Source: Flectonema sp. DT1601 (lineage: Eukaryota). Taken from it: a stretch of 64,000 nucleotides of DNA. The notes under the pieces were generated by a model, which was not told the DNA's origin, did no database searches, and saw only the letters and a list, made by a program, of their open reading frames with translations. The DNA lies in contig OZ025781.1 in NCBI GenBank assembly GCA_964019425.1, positions 620,001 through 684,000 on the forward strand. Direction: 5' to 3'. The stretch's first letter is position 1, and each line of letters opens with the position of its first letter. A program made the position numbers and the translations under genes. Shown here piece by piece: positions 35,457-47,680 of this stretch.

Positions 35457-36454
35457 GTTGTTGGAGCAGCAGCAACAGCAGCTGTTGGAACAGCAAAGAC
35501 AGGTTCAGGAGATGATGGAAAAGAAGCAAAAGCTTCAGGAACTGCAACAATTGCAACAACAGCAACAGCAACAACAGTCGCCGCTGGATTTCCTAGCGCA
35601 GCAACCCTCAGCAGGTCCACCACCGATTCCGGATCAAAGTACTATTAAATTAGACGCTTTTGGAATGCCAATCACGCAACCTGTTCCCCAGCCACAACCA
35701 CAGCAACCTCAGACACAGCCACAGCAGGTGCAGCCGCCACCTCAGAAGGCTGTCGATCCTCTGGTGCAGATGTTTGCGCAACAACAGCAACATCAACATC
35801 AGCAGCAGCAGCAGCAGCAGCAACCACAAGCTCAGCCACAGCAAATCGAAGAGCTGCTCGCTCAGAAAAAGAAGCTCATGGAGCACTTACAACAACAACA
35901 GTTACAGCAGCAGCAGCAGCAGCAGCCAGTTTCGCAAGATGCGGGACTTGAGTTTCTTCAGCCAGCTCAACAAGCGACGCAACAGCCTACTCAGCAACCA
36001 CTTTCATTGCAGTCTCAATTGTTAGCTCAAAAACAACAAATGGAAAGTAATGTGCACAAGCCAGTGATAAGTAGCAGCAGCGATCCTTTTCAGCAGTTGA
36101 TGGGAATTGCGACTCAAAATGCGGCTTCTGTTTCCAGAGCGTCTACTGCAACCCTTGACACTATGGGTAGCTACAGTATTCCTGCGAGTCCTACTGTTGC
36201 TACGAGTCCCACATCTGCTTCACCGATTCCGGAAATGTCTTCTTCAAATGCTCAAGATGTAATTATTATGGAAGGAAACATTGGAACACTTCAGAACAAA
36301 TTGAAGCAGATGCAGGTTTGTAATATTTATTGTTTTCTATTGAAGAGTCGTGTACTGTTCTTATTTAAAAAAAAAAAAAAAAAAAAAACAGATTCAGTAC
36401 AACCTTCTAAAAATGCAGCCTACTGATACGCCTCTGCCAGACTTCTGTCAGTAG
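33739..36454 (+). CDS. Tepsin-like ENTH/VHS-like protein with poly-Gln region; exons 33739-36315, 36392-36454
   Basis: N-terminus DATSD..VPYY...LSHE...FLMSRM...KCLTII resembles the tepsin ENTH domain. A 76-nt GT..AACAG intron gives the tail IQYNLLKMQPTDTPLPDFCQ*. Confidence 0.7.
34783..34980 (+). repeat. 87-bp coding tandem repeat (QQSAFNLGSPNGTQQQSAFSLPTANSQVQ), ~2.3 copies
   Basis: Near-identical nucleotide units visible in the sequence. Confidence 0.85.
35005..35925 (+). repeat. CAG/CAA poly-glutamine low-complexity region
   Basis: Long interrupted cag/caa runs, in frame. Confidence 0.9.
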
Positions 36455-37344
36455 AATAGCTGACTCATATTGTATTCTTTTATTTCGGATTAGTTATTTA
36501 TTTCACAATACTGTTTTCTGTAGTTGTTGTAATCTTTTTTTTTTTATGATTGAAATTATTTTCTGCAATAGAAGGGGTGGTTTCCCTGGTCAGGGGGGAG
36601 AGAGTTTTCCTTCCTTTTTTTTTGTTTTTTTTGTTTTTTTTTAAAGCTCTTTGGTACTCAAATCTCATGAAAACCAAAACAGAGAGTGAGGGGAAAAAAA
36701 AAAAAAAACCTGCTGCACGCAAACCTCTATAAGCTCTTAGTGTAGAGGCTTCTGGTTATTGTGGTTTTTCGATCATTTTTTTTTTTTTTTTGCAAAGCCT
36801 TCCCTTTTTTTTTCTTTCCCTGTCTCCCCGCTTCAGTTCTTTACGTCTTTTATTACTTCCATTTCACTCACGTGTGTTTTCCTTTCTACTGTCTTTTAAG
36901 AATTGCTATGCAAAATGAATTCTTTTTGTGAGCTTTTTTATTTTATTTTATTTTTTTTTGAAATTCACTGGTGCGATTATGACATAATTACGAATATAAC
37001 GAACGAATATAATTTCCAAAGTTAATTCGGAAGCACCACAGAGTTATGATAGTATTAAGACAGAAAAAAAAAAAAAATGAACACAAAAAAAAAAAAAAAA
37101 AAAAAAAAAGGGAAAAAAAAAAAACAAAACGATAGTGTTAGGTGTTTGTGTTGTAAGTCAAAACATGTGTTTTCATTTTTTAAAAAAAAAAAAAAAAAAG
37201 AACTATTTTTTTCTCTTTCAGAACACCCTGTTTTCATAAGATGTAATTTTTCAAATATACTATAGTGTTTTTTTTTTTCTTCTTCTTTTTTTGCTATTTA
37301 TGTTTAATTTGTTCAACAGAGTTTTTACCCATAAAGTATAAATT

Positions 37345-38061
37345 ATGAATATACTCGTATTATTGATAACTACTTCGCTGATCGCAGCGACGGTAGGATC
37401 CATGGAGGCTTGGAGGATACGAATTAGTACCCGTGATAGACAGCTATCCCTATCACAAGTACTAATATTCGATGTAAATAACGTAAACAACGCCGTTAAT
37501 AAAAGTTGTATAGCTGTTACTGGTCAACCCTGGGATGCTCCTCGGGGGACGTCTCAATGTGAATGGGCAATTGACGGCAACTTAGAAGCAAAAGGAGAGA
37601 ATCCTAATGAAAATGGCTACTATTATGAGTCTGCATCATCGACTGGTGTCAATTGGTGGGAGATTCACTTGGATACCAATATATCAGTGAGTAGTGTTAA
37701 GATCATCAACAGAGCTGATTGCTGTCAAGAAAACCTTCTTGGAGCAACACTAGAACTCTATTCATCTCTGTCAGATACACCTGCCTTCTCAACAACGTTA
37801 AAATCTTCTGATTCTCCGTCGACTAACTACAGCGTGACCGTTGAAATCCCTGTAGTTGTTGATAAGTTAGAAGCTTCTTCTACTGTTCTTGTAATACTGA
37901 TTCTCATGTTTGTTTGTTTTATCGTCAGTGTAGTAGTCTTAGGAGTATATGTGCAGTGTCGTCGAATGAAAGACATGAGAGAAGCCAAAGCCTCATCTCG
38001 AATAATGCTTTCAGACGACAGCGACAGCGGTCCTACAGAACTAACTGCGGTACTACAGTAG
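37345..38061 (+). CDS. Type I membrane protein with F5/8C / F-type lectin-like domain
   Basis: Signal peptide; WAIDGN; NWWEIHL; VKIINRADCCQENL; single TM helix. Confidence 0.8.
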   Translation: MNILVLLITTSLIAATVGSMEAWRIRISTRDRQLSLSQVLIFDVNNVNNAVNKSCIAVTGQPWDAPRGTSQCEWAIDGNLEAKGENPNENGYYYESASSTGVNWWEIHLDTNISVSSVKIINRADCCQENLLGATLELYSSLSDTPAFSTTLKSSDSPSTNYSVTVEIPVVVDKLEASSTVLVILILMFVCFIVSVVVLGVYVQCRRMKDMREAKASSRIMLSDDSDSGPTELTAVLQ

Positions 38062-39068
38062 GAATGCAGTGCTACGATAAGCATTCTTTGTCATAGCTGT
38101 CGTCGGTGTTTGGTTGGATCAAAAAAAAAAAAAAAAAACTTTGAGTATACATTTTTTTTCTTCTTTTTCTGTACATTTTTTCGAACCGATGTTTAAATTA
38201 TTATTCGTTCCTATGTCTGTAAGATATTTGGTTTGTTTTATTGGTTTTTTCTTCTTCTTTTTTTGCAAAGAATTGTGGTTCCCAATCAGCGATTGCACAG
38301 CGGTACTGCGGTCGACAAAAGAAGTCAGTTTGCGTGCTAACCGAGAATGTTTTCTGAGAACACTTGGTTTCACTTGAACCAATCATTTCGTAATAAATAA
38401 CCACTGGTGCTCGTACGGTCGACAATTTGTGCCTGAAGAGGCAAAGGTTGTGATAGAAACACGCAAAAAAAAAAAAAAATAAACTGAGGCGACATGCGAA
38501 AAAAGGAATTGTTTTCTTTTCTGACTTGACAGTGTCAAGCGACAAGGTTCAATCTACTGCCACTTCTCTTTGAGCGTCCACTCAACTGGCCTGACGATAG
38601 TTTTATTATTGTAATCTTATTTCCGTAAGTGCTATTTTTTTTTTTTTCTTCTTTCTAAGACTCTTTTCCCCCAAAACTCATATGGTAACTAACAAAGTTA
38701 TATCCTGACTGGGATTGAGAATTCAGTTCTTTTAAAAAGTGGAATCGTTGATGAATTCAAACAATAAAAAAAAAAAAAAAAAAAAATGAATTCTCAAAAC
38801 TTATTGATGAAGGCCCGAGTGTGAAATTAGGGGACTGAAAAGTACGTTTCTTCCACAGTGCTACGTGGAACAGCTATAATTTGTTAAAATCTTAAATTTT
38901 GTGAACTATTTGAGTAACAAAAAAAAAAAAAGAAAAATAAAATAAAATAAATAAAAAAAAACTCATATTCTAACTGATTAAGAGTGTAGTCGTCCTTCTA
39001 GTATATCCGACTTAGTGAGGATGGTTAGCTTCTTTGGTAATTTTTTTTTTTTTTTTTTTTTTTTTTTT

Positions 39069-39201
39069 GTACCGACGTCGTCGGAGAAGAAACCCTTCAG
39101 ATTGAAAGCCGATATTTCTTATGGTCGTGATTTATTTTCCCCTGAGTGACAGGATTCTGTTTGCGTTCATCAACGAAATATAAGGCTGATGTGAATGGTT
39201 T
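39069..39201 (+). repeat. Family B, most complete copy
   Basis: ccgac-gtc-gtcgg hairpin, then aaacccttcagatt ... gatgtgaatggttt inverted arms, embedded in poly-T. Confidence 0.85.
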
Positions 39202-39728
39202 TTTTTTTTTTTTTTTTTTTTTAAATTCCCTCTTTGGGAAACTGAAAGACAAAGAGGACTGGAGCATGACTTTTCTTCTTTCTTTTTGTTTTTCATTTTT
39301 TAATTAATCTGCTACTCTGCTTTTGTTTTTGTGATAATAACAGCGGAACACATAATTGAATGAGGATCTTAATTTTTTATTTTTTTTCTTGAAACAGTTG
39401 GTTTATATTACTCTGTGTTCTCTCATGTAAAATCATCTCTTCGCGGGGGGGGGAAGAGGGGGTTTAAGTTTTTACCCCCCGCCTCCTTCAAAGTCTCCCA
39501 TTGTCGAGGGAGTTAAAAACGTGTTTTTACGTTTATTTCTTTCTCTTTCTCTTTTTCTTTTATTTTTTTTTTTCTCACGCAAAACGATTACAGATGATTT
39601 GCAGGTCTGCAACTGTGGGTTTCCCTCCCTTCTGTTGCTAGCAACCTTTTTTTATAAAGAATTTTATTAAGAAATGTTCATTTTTATTTTTTTATAAAGA
39701 TTGTTTATTTCTTGACGAGACTATAGGC

Positions 39729-39840
39729 GAAACCTACACTCTGCCGTATTACATTATATCTTGGTTTTGGTTTCCCAGGGCTCACGATTAATTCGTAATT
39801 GAATAACTCGATTCCGTACTGCACTGAATGACAACACGGA
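39729..39840 (+). repeat. Family C, copy 2
   Basis: Aligns along its length to 12867-12981. Confidence 0.8.
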
Positions 39841-40947
39841 AAAGAGACATGTATGCAAATAAGTTAGAAACATTGATTATAATGTAGAGCAAGTACGTCA
39901 TTTTGCAGAGTGTTGGCCTGTATTAACATTTTAGTCACTTGTGTCATGAGTTTTTTAATTTTATTATTGAGTTCTGATACAATACAGAGATTTGTATTTG
40001 TATGAACCTAATCAAACAGTCTTCTCCCCCTTTGACAGCTTTTCTTTCTCTGGTAGTTTATTTAAAGCATGCGACTTTGCGTGGACAGAATCCAGTTATA
40101 ATGATTCATGTCTAATTTGTTGCGTGTTAACCCTTGATTTATTTATCCAAGTCCCGCTTCTCTCTTCTGTCATTATTTTTTTTTCAGTATAACTTTATTA
40201 GTATTATAAAGTTTATTACTGTTTCTATATTGTCACACCCCCTTCTGTCTTTCTTCCTTAGATGGAATTACAAAAATTGTAATTATGATGATGATGTCAG
40301 GTTTAATGCAAACTGCGTTGCCGTAGGCATCACTGGCTGTTGTTTAAAAAAAAAAAAAAAAAACCAACTCACTGATAAAGCTGAGGCATCACATTTCATT
40401 GCTGTTTGGTTATGAATTGTGGTGTATTAACGCCTTAGCTACATTAAGGCTTCAAATTAAATAATGTTTTTCGTCAGAAAGTGTAGTCTTCTCCTGAATA
40501 AATTGTTTTCGCGACGTCTGGTGTATGCAGCACTTAACACAAAAAAGAAAACGAACACTGAAACTGAGTGTGGAGGAAAAAAAAAAAAAAAAAAAAAAAG
40601 AAAATTCTTCTAAGCATGGAGATAAAAAGGTTTGTCTTGTGCGTATTCCGTTTTTTTTAAAGTTACTGTTTTTTTTCTTTTTTTTTTTCTTTTTTTTTTT
40701 TTTTTTAATATGTCGATCGGCACTAATTAAAAATGTAGTTCAGACGAACTCAATGCACGCGACTCGAGGGTGCAAAGGGTGCTTAATCCAGTTACGTTTT
40801 TTTGTAGCGACTTATCTTTTTATTTTTATATTAGCAGACTGAGAACATGAAACTTATATTACCATTGATTATTTTAAACAAGAAAATGAAAAGTTGAATT
40901 TTTTAAAAATTTTTTTTTTCCCCCTTTACCAGGAGAATCAAAGTACA

Positions 40948-42287
40948 ATGGTCAGAGTAAACAACAAATCAAAATTTAAAAAATCACTTCGTGATGCTCA
41001 ACCGCCAGTCCTCCGAAACCCTTACGTAGAACCAGCAAGACCAGATGCAACATTATATAAGAAAGGAGAAGATGCTTGTAAAGAATTAGCCGCAGGAGAT
41101 AAGGTTATTAGAGACCAAGCAGTCGAAGACGTCGGTAGAATGCTTCATTGGTTAGAAACTAGTGAACACGACAAAGACGTACCTGAGGAATTCGCAAAGT
41201 TATGGAGGGGATTGTTTTATTGTATGTGGCATTCAGATAAGCCACTTGTTCAACATGACTGCGCTCAGAAAATTTCAGAATTAGTTCACAACTTAACTTC
41301 ATGGGAACTTCAAGCCACTTGGTTCGGAGCTGCTTGGAAGACGTTGCACTCTGAGTGGGGAGGTCTTGACAAATGGAGATTAGATAAGTTTTTAACACTT
41401 ATGAGAAAGTTATTAAACAGACATTTTGCGATGGTTGCCGCAGTATCAGAAAAGCATTCAGATGACGATGACTATGATATGATTATTCATAATTTCTGTT
41501 TTCCTCTTCTAAACACATACGGTGGCGGTCTCGACGGAATCGGACGACACATTTCCGACATCATTGTCGATGAGGCAATCGCAGTTGATCTTAACAGTGA
41601 AGTTTTCACTGATATTTTTCACCAATTAATACTACCGGTTTTGTGTACATCGTCAAAGTCACATTGTCAACGTGTGTATGAATACGTCTGGGTAAGGCTC
41701 TTAGGAGGGATGAAGGTATGTTAATTCCAACCTTTTTCTGTACTTAGTTGTAGTAGTAGCAATAACAAAAACAAATCCCCTAACAGGAAACCGAAGAGGC
41801 TCTTGAATGGCTTGCAGATGTTGAGTGGGATATTATAATTGAATCACTTCAGGCAGCAGCAATAGATGAGGATACTCATGATCAAAACAGAGCAATGCTT
41901 TCAAGAATGAATGAAGAAATCGATGCATTTGTTGGTAAGGCTGATCAACACGAAGAATACGTTGAGATTGATTCTGAAGAGGAAGAGATGGATACCAGAG
42001 CTGGATTCAAAGACTCCATTGAACTCACTCGTCGAGTTGAAGTCGATTCTAAGTCTCGCCGTGTCACTGACGCCAAAACCCGTCGCGCGGTTGAAAAACA
42101 AATAACCAGACTAGCAGCCTCTGGAGATGACAAAGCACTACAACAATTCTTAAAGAAACAAAGACAACAGGGTGTTTACTTACCAAAGTACTCCAAGAAA
42201 AAGGGAAGAGCCGGACTTTCAAAGGCACTCGACAGCTCTACCGAACTACGAAAGCAAAAGAAGGTAAAGAGAAAGAGAAGAGTATAG
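40948..42287 (+). CDS. RRP1: Nop52/RRP1 ribosome biogenesis protein; exons 40948-41715, 41787-42287
   Basis: KLWRGLFYCMWHSDKPLVQ; EWGGLDKWRLDKFLTLMR. A 71-nt GTATG..AACAG intron joins the two ORFs in frame. Confidence 0.9.
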
Positions 42288-42740
42288 ATCATCTCTTTGT
42301 AAGCATCAGATACAAAGTTACTGCACAAGGAGTTGCTTCTATGCTCTGGATCACTGTGCCAAAATAGCCAAGCATAGGCGTTGCCGGGGTTGGTGCTTTC
42401 TAGTTAGCACAGTCGGAAAAAATGAGTTGTCCCGTCCCCTTGAGTGATCATCTGCTTCAGTATTTTCAAAATAAAAGAAAAATTACGTTTTTATAAAAAA
42501 TCCCATCAATGAAAGAGAATTAGTTTTTTTTTTTTTTTTCCCGTTCGAAGATGCGACGGTCATCGACAACAAAAAAAAGAAGAAAAAAAATTATATTTAT
42601 TACTCTTAGTCAGGAAAAGTACCCATGGTCGTCTGTGATTCTAACGGCAATGTTTGGCTTTAACTTTATTGTTGTTCAAAGTATATATTTTTATGTTTTA
42701 TTATTTTTATAAAAAATAGTTTGTCGAAAAACTAAAAGCA

Positions 42741-44051
42741 ATGATTGTGTTATCGGTACTCCTGACTTCGCTAGTACAATGTTGGCAACTCCGAGGATTT
42801 GAGTATGGAAGCAACATGAGAACGACAATCATAATGGAGGGACTTGTGGTTATAATAATGTGGATTTGGGGGCTTAAATATTCAATATTATCAAGAGGTG
42901 TGTGGATGGCATTTTATGGAATGCGAACATTTCAACGCAGTGCAGGTTTACTACCTGACCTTCATCGTTCTATTCCGAGGCAGTTATATATTTATGGTAT
43001 AGTCATTCCTGGTCAATGGTTTCAGATGCTTTGTTGGTTGTCTTTTCCATTTTTTCCATTTACGTTTATTTGGATTTTTTTAACACCTTTGCAACACATT
43101 GCTCCGGTAGTAACATTTTATGTTATTCGTTGCTTTGTAGGTATCGGTTTGATAATTGCCAGTACTGGTTCTGTATTTTTTACTCTATTTCAAAGCAGTT
43201 TGTTTTCTGAAACTGTCATCTCGATGCTACACAGATCGTCAATGTTTACGTCGATGTCAGGCCCCCTGAAATTAATATCCCCAGGACTATGTAAACGAGC
43301 AAACGCTTCGTACATTAAAACTGTTCACATCTCAGATATTTCGTTGTCGTTTTTGCCCAGCAGCTCACCTTCCAAGTTTCTTTCAGTCTGCAAAGACATA
43401 GCTAAATTAAACCCCGATATAATTTTCATATCGGGAGCGCTATTCTCACATGACTACTGTTGTTTATGTACGGTGGAAGAACGTCGTGATGTTCTTAAGG
43501 AGTGCCTTGAACCTTTAAAAGGATTCAAATTATTTTGTTGTTTTCCCGATTCTACACCACAAGAGTTGAGGTCAGTATTAAATAGTATTGGTGGAGTGTT
43601 TACTTCTGAGAAGTTGACGACGTTTATGTTGGGTGAGGTGAATATTTCAATAGGGGGCTTTACTTCAGACGGTGTCGCAATCCCAAAATATAATAATGCA
43701 AAAAACGCAAAAAACCTTGCGATTCTGTTGGCACCCAATCCACAATTATTTGATTCGATGTCATGGCCGAAGGGTGTTTCTCCATACCATTTGACACTGG
43801 CTTCTGGTTATCTTGGTGGGATGGTTGGTATCGCAATTAACTCTAAAAATTATTCTCTTACTGCTGGTCGTATTTTGTCTCATCTAACAAGAACAATTGT
43901 CCCAACCTTTGGCCTTTGGGGAAAGGGTCCAGCTCGTCTTCATGTCTCTCCCGGATTCGGAAGCTCATCACAATCCCCAATGCTGCCCTGTTTGCGATTG
44001 GGGGTTCCAGCAGCGGTTTCAATTTTGCATGTTGAGATTCCTGAGCGGTAA
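42741..44051 (+). CDS. Membrane-anchored calcineurin-like metallophosphoesterase (YkuE-like), degenerate active site
   Basis: N-terminal TMs; VHISDI; PDIIFISGA; LHVSPGFG...RLGVPAAVSIL C-terminal motif. Confidence 0.7.
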   Translation: MIVLSVLLTSLVQCWQLRGFEYGSNMRTTIIMEGLVVIIMWIWGLKYSILSRGVWMAFYGMRTFQRSAGLLPDLHRSIPRQLYIYGIVIPGQWFQMLCWLSFPFFPFTFIWIFLTPLQHIAPVVTFYVIRCFVGIGLIIASTGSVFFTLFQSSLFSETVISMLHRSSMFTSMSGPLKLISPGLCKRANASYIKTVHISDISLSFLPSSSPSKFLSVCKDIAKLNPDIIFISGALFSHDYCCLCTVEERRDVLKECLEPLKGFKLFCCFPDSTPQELRSVLNSIGGVFTSEKLTTFMLGEVNISIGGFTSDGVAIPKYNNAKNAKNLAILLAPNPQLFDSMSWPKGVSPYHLTLASGYLGGMVGIAINSKNYSLTAGRILSHLTRTIVPTFGLWGKGPARLHVSPGFGSSSQSPMLPCLRLGVPAAVSILHVEIPER

Positions 44052-44266
44052 GCCACACACTTTCGGTTAGTATTAATACTCGTTACGATATTCATAGTTG
44101 TCGTAATTTATACCAATTACATTCTAACGGTTTAGGAAAACAACAATAAATCATCTTTGATGAAACATGTTTCGTGAGGTGGGAGAAGTGTTTTAATTTA
44201 TAATGTACTTTTAACAGGCTGGTTTTTGGATTTAATAAAAAAAAATATATATTTATATAAAAATAA

Positions 44267-44899
44267 ATGAATTTCCCTGACAAACAACACCCAGCACCAC
44301 CACCAAACTCTGAAAAGGATTCACTAAATAGAACGGTAGTTGAAAACCAACTAATTGAGATAGGGAGCGAGGTATCGATAAGAGGACTCGCAGAAACAGA
44401 AAATCTGAATGGAGAATGTGGTACAGTAACAGGACGAGAAGGTACGGCTTACTTTATTCACATCTTCAGCGAATCAGGAGGAAGAGAAGAAATGATTGAA
44501 AGACATAATTTAGAATTATTAGAAACAACAACTAAAAGAAGAGAACCAAACATTAAAGAAGTCTACGAAGGAACAGTCTCCGCTGTTCGAGTTCTCGGTA
44601 TTCAAAAACCACACATTTCTATGAATGGTCTCTACCGTAGAACTGGCATCTCAGGGCATAAATTCGAACAACGCCTAACGGATGGTTCTGGCAATCATAT
44701 TCTTTGGAAAGACACACGTGATAACAGATGGAAGATTGCTGAAGGAACAACGTCTGCTGGATGGCAACCTTCTTATAATAAACTCTTAGGTCAATGGTTA
44801 GAAGATCCAAAAGCTGAGGATGGCACTTCCATTAGTGGGAAACCTTATCCTTTTATCTGCGTTGCATCTGCTGCGGAACACTGTTATGCACGAAGATAA
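44267..44899 (+). CDS. Hypothetical protein
   Basis: 210-aa ORF with an SH3/KOW-like GSEVSIRGL..LNGECGTV segment. Confidence 0.6.
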   Translation: MNFPDKQHPAPPPNSEKDSLNRTVVENQLIEIGSEVSIRGLAETENLNGECGTVTGREGTAYFIHIFSESGGREEMIERHNLELLETTTKRREPNIKEVYEGTVSAVRVLGIQKPHISMNGLYRRTGISGHKFEQRLTDGSGNHILWKDTRDNRWKIAEGTTSAGWQPSYNKLLGQWLEDPKAEDGTSISGKPYPFICVASAAEHCYARR

Positions 44900-45120
44900 A
44901 AACTGCAAACTTAACACCTTAATTATTAACCGCCACATTATTGGCTCACGTTACTTTTTATAAAAAGTAGATTAAGTTATGTTGTGTCTGTGAAGTAACT
45001 CTATTTTCATGCCTCCCTCTCAGATGGAAACACCCCTGATGTCCGAACAAGCAACAGCTGATTATTTTTCACAAGTGTTTTTGGCAAAAAGAATTATTAA
45101 TTTAAACAGTACCCAGCAAG

Positions 45121-47142
45121 ATGCCTCTGGGGCGGCTGGAGGGACCGTCTGGCGGGAAGTTGTCCGGCAGGAGAGCTAGTTTTGCCTACCATGGAAATGA
45201 AGGGAAGTTACCAAATTTGCAAGCCCGTCAAGAATGGTTATTTGCGAATAAAGGTGGGAAAGACCAGCTGATGGAAAAATTAAAACCATTTATGAAAAAT
45301 GGACCGAAGAGGAGAGCGACAAGCGTTGACTCAAGCGCTGAGAGCAGTGTGGGCACAACACGTAATGGAATGAGTCGAAGGAGCAGTATCCACGCATCTG
45401 AAATGGGTGATCTTCGTAGAAAAGGATCGTTGGGAACTTTATACTCCACGACAGTAATAGATAACTGGCAAGACTTAGCCGGAGCACCCCTTCTTCAGGA
45501 ATCTAAAATTGATCCGATAACTCAGATTATGAACGCTCTTCGTCTACTTATCGAAGCTCTTCGTCATGGCATTGATGATGTCACTGGAGAAGCCTTCCGT
45601 CTTGGAAGACTTCTTCAGAGTGGGTTGTCGAGACTCGAAGACCCAAACTCAACTGAAAAAATTCATGCGAGTTGTCAAATGATTTTTGAAGTAGTTCAGA
45701 AGTACGGATACAGTGATGGTTGTTTTAGACCTCCACTTCACTTAGATGTTGCGGAAAGACTTCAGGTAACTCTCGAAGATGGAATAAGAGATCAAGAATT
45801 GCAAAACTCTCCCCTCGGGGAAAACGAAGAAAACCCTCGCGGTCTTTACAGCAATGGAAAAAGTTTAACTTTTTGGGAAGGTCTTCAAGCAGATATTTGG
45901 GAACTATTCCTCCTACCCTCAGCTGAAGAACCTGAAAGTATGAAATGGAATTCAGGCAGAATGATCATGGCAGTCTTTCAAGCATCAGTACTTGCATTAT
46001 GGGCAATCTTTTATGCGATTATCTCAGGACCGGAATTCTACAGGTCTTCAGATGAAGTTCGATTTCTCATCGACGCGTTTGATATTTGCTTTGCGATTAT
46101 ATTCGCTGTCGATATTTTATTGAGGATGCTTGTATGTCCTTCAATAAAAGATCATTTTGGACATCCGATCGCAATTTGTGAAGTCGTTGCTGTATTTCCC
46201 TTCTATGTTAAATGGATACATCGATGGTACGGAGGCTCACCTGATGTCGTCACTGGATTCATTGGTCAAGTAGACATGCTATCGGTTCTACGTGTATTAA
46301 AAGCAACAAATTTCATGGGTGAGAATATCGGTAAACTCTCAGTAGTTGTGAAAACCAGCAGTAGAATGTTAGTAGTCGGCGGGTTCGTTCTTCTGCTTTG
46401 TATTGTAGTGATGAGTAGTATTATGTTTTTTATTGAAATGTCGTCGTCGGGTTATCATTTATTGGAACCTCCTCTTATTGATAGGGTTGTTTGGGTTCGT
46501 AAAACAATTCCACCGAAAGTCATAATTACTGCCGATGGAACTAAAATATTACACAGTGAAGATGAATTATCGCCATATCAGAGTATGTATGATTTCTTTT
46601 GGTGGTGCATCACAACACTTACGACTGTAGGGTATGGCGATACCACACCAACATCAGCAGGAGGTCGAGTAGCTGCAGGTTTTTGTATGGTGGTTGGAGT
46701 ATTGGTTCTTGCTTTACCCGCCTCTGTAATCTGTTCTCACTTTACATTAACGAGAAACGATTCTGTCGCGATGGTTCAAAGAGAAGAACGTTCTGATGTT
46801 AGGGAAATGGTTAGAAAAATATGCAGCGACAGTTCTCGACCATATGCCCACATAATGCTTCATCACTTTGTTATGTTGGATTGTTTAGAGTTAAATCATC
46901 AAAAAAATCCCTCATCAGAAGACTTAGCAGGTGTGATCTACCAACACATCCTGTGGGTATACAAGGCATTTTTATACACAAAAGTTGCATACCTCGCAGC
47001 GAAAGGAGAAGAAACAAACATCGAAGTTGAGGAACTCTGTATTCGTAGATTTGTTGCCAACTGTGCCGAAGTATTTCGTCATGAAAGAGATCAGCTGTGG
47101 GGAGCGTATGCAAAAATTATGGAGAGAGACTTGAAAAGATAA
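45121..47142 (+). CDS. 6-TM potassium channel (Kv-like)
   Basis: Pore FWWCITTLTTVGYGDTTP; S6 GVLVLALPA. Confidence 0.92.
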   Translation: MPLGRLEGPSGGKLSGRRASFAYHGNEGKLPNLQARQEWLFANKGGKDQLMEKLKPFMKNGPKRRATSVDSSAESSVGTTRNGMSRRSSIHASEMGDLRRKGSLGTLYSTTVIDNWQDLAGAPLLQESKIDPITQIMNALRLLIEALRHGIDDVTGEAFRLGRLLQSGLSRLEDPNSTEKIHASCQMIFEVVQKYGYSDGCFRPPLHLDVAERLQVTLEDGIRDQELQNSPLGENEENPRGLYSNGKSLTFWEGLQADIWELFLLPSAEEPESMKWNSGRMIMAVFQASVLALWAIFYAIISGPEFYRSSDEVRFLIDAFDICFAIIFAVDILLRMLVCPSIKDHFGHPIAICEVVAVFPFYVKWIHRWYGGSPDVVTGFIGQVDMLSVLRVLKATNFMGENIGKLSVVVKTSSRMLVVGGFVLLLCIVVMSSIMFFIEMSSSGYHLLEPPLIDRVVWVRKTIPPKVIITADGTKILHSEDELSPYQSMYDFFWWCITTLTTVGYGDTTPTSAGGRVAAGFCMVVGVLVLALPASVICSHFTLTRNDSVAMVQREERSDVREMVRKICSDSSRPYAHIMLHHFVMLDCLELNHQKNPSSEDLAGVIYQHILWVYKAFLYTKVAYLAAKGEETNIEVEELCIRRFVANCAEVFRHERDQLWGAYAKIMERDLKR

Positions 47143-47319
47143 ACCACACTAATTGTGTGATGTAACTTAATAAGGTGATTCTTTACACGAGACAGAAATG
47201 ACGTCTCTTTTTCTCAACATTAGGAATCACTACTAATGATAAATTTTTTTTATAATTTTTTTTTAAAAAAAAGTTTGTCGAGGTAAAAACATTCCCAAAG
47301 TGGTTTGTGTTATTTTTCG

Positions 47320-47350
<31 letters not shown>

Positions 47351-47609
47351 TGAGTCCTTTCCGTTGTATTATCTTTTTGTAATTTTATTGGAAGCTGGTG
47401 TGGCTTGTGTCTGTTTTGGTTCTTCAAAAAAAAAAAAGGGAAGAGAATAATGAATAGATACAGTCTTGTGTCTGACCACTTTGTCTTCCGGTTTTTTCCC
47501 CCTCTTTTTTTTTCTTTTTTTTCCCCCCCTTCTGATAATTCTAACCAAGTTGTTGAGCGCCCACTTTAGATGTCCGGCCTTTGTTCAATTTTCTTTTGTA
47601 CATTTCCTT

Positions 47610-47680
47610 GCACCGACAAAGTCGAAGAAGAAAATATTCAGATTGGGATTCAGCATACAAAGGCTTTATCTGAATGGTTT
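47610..47680 (+). repeat. Family B, shortened copy
   Basis: gcaccgacaaagtcgaagaagaaaatattcagatt...aaggctttatctgaatggttt. Confidence 0.7.

Noticed and set aside
34970..35623. Minus-strand poly-Ala/Val/Leu ORFs
   Set aside because: Antisense shadows of the CAG/CAA polyQ tract.
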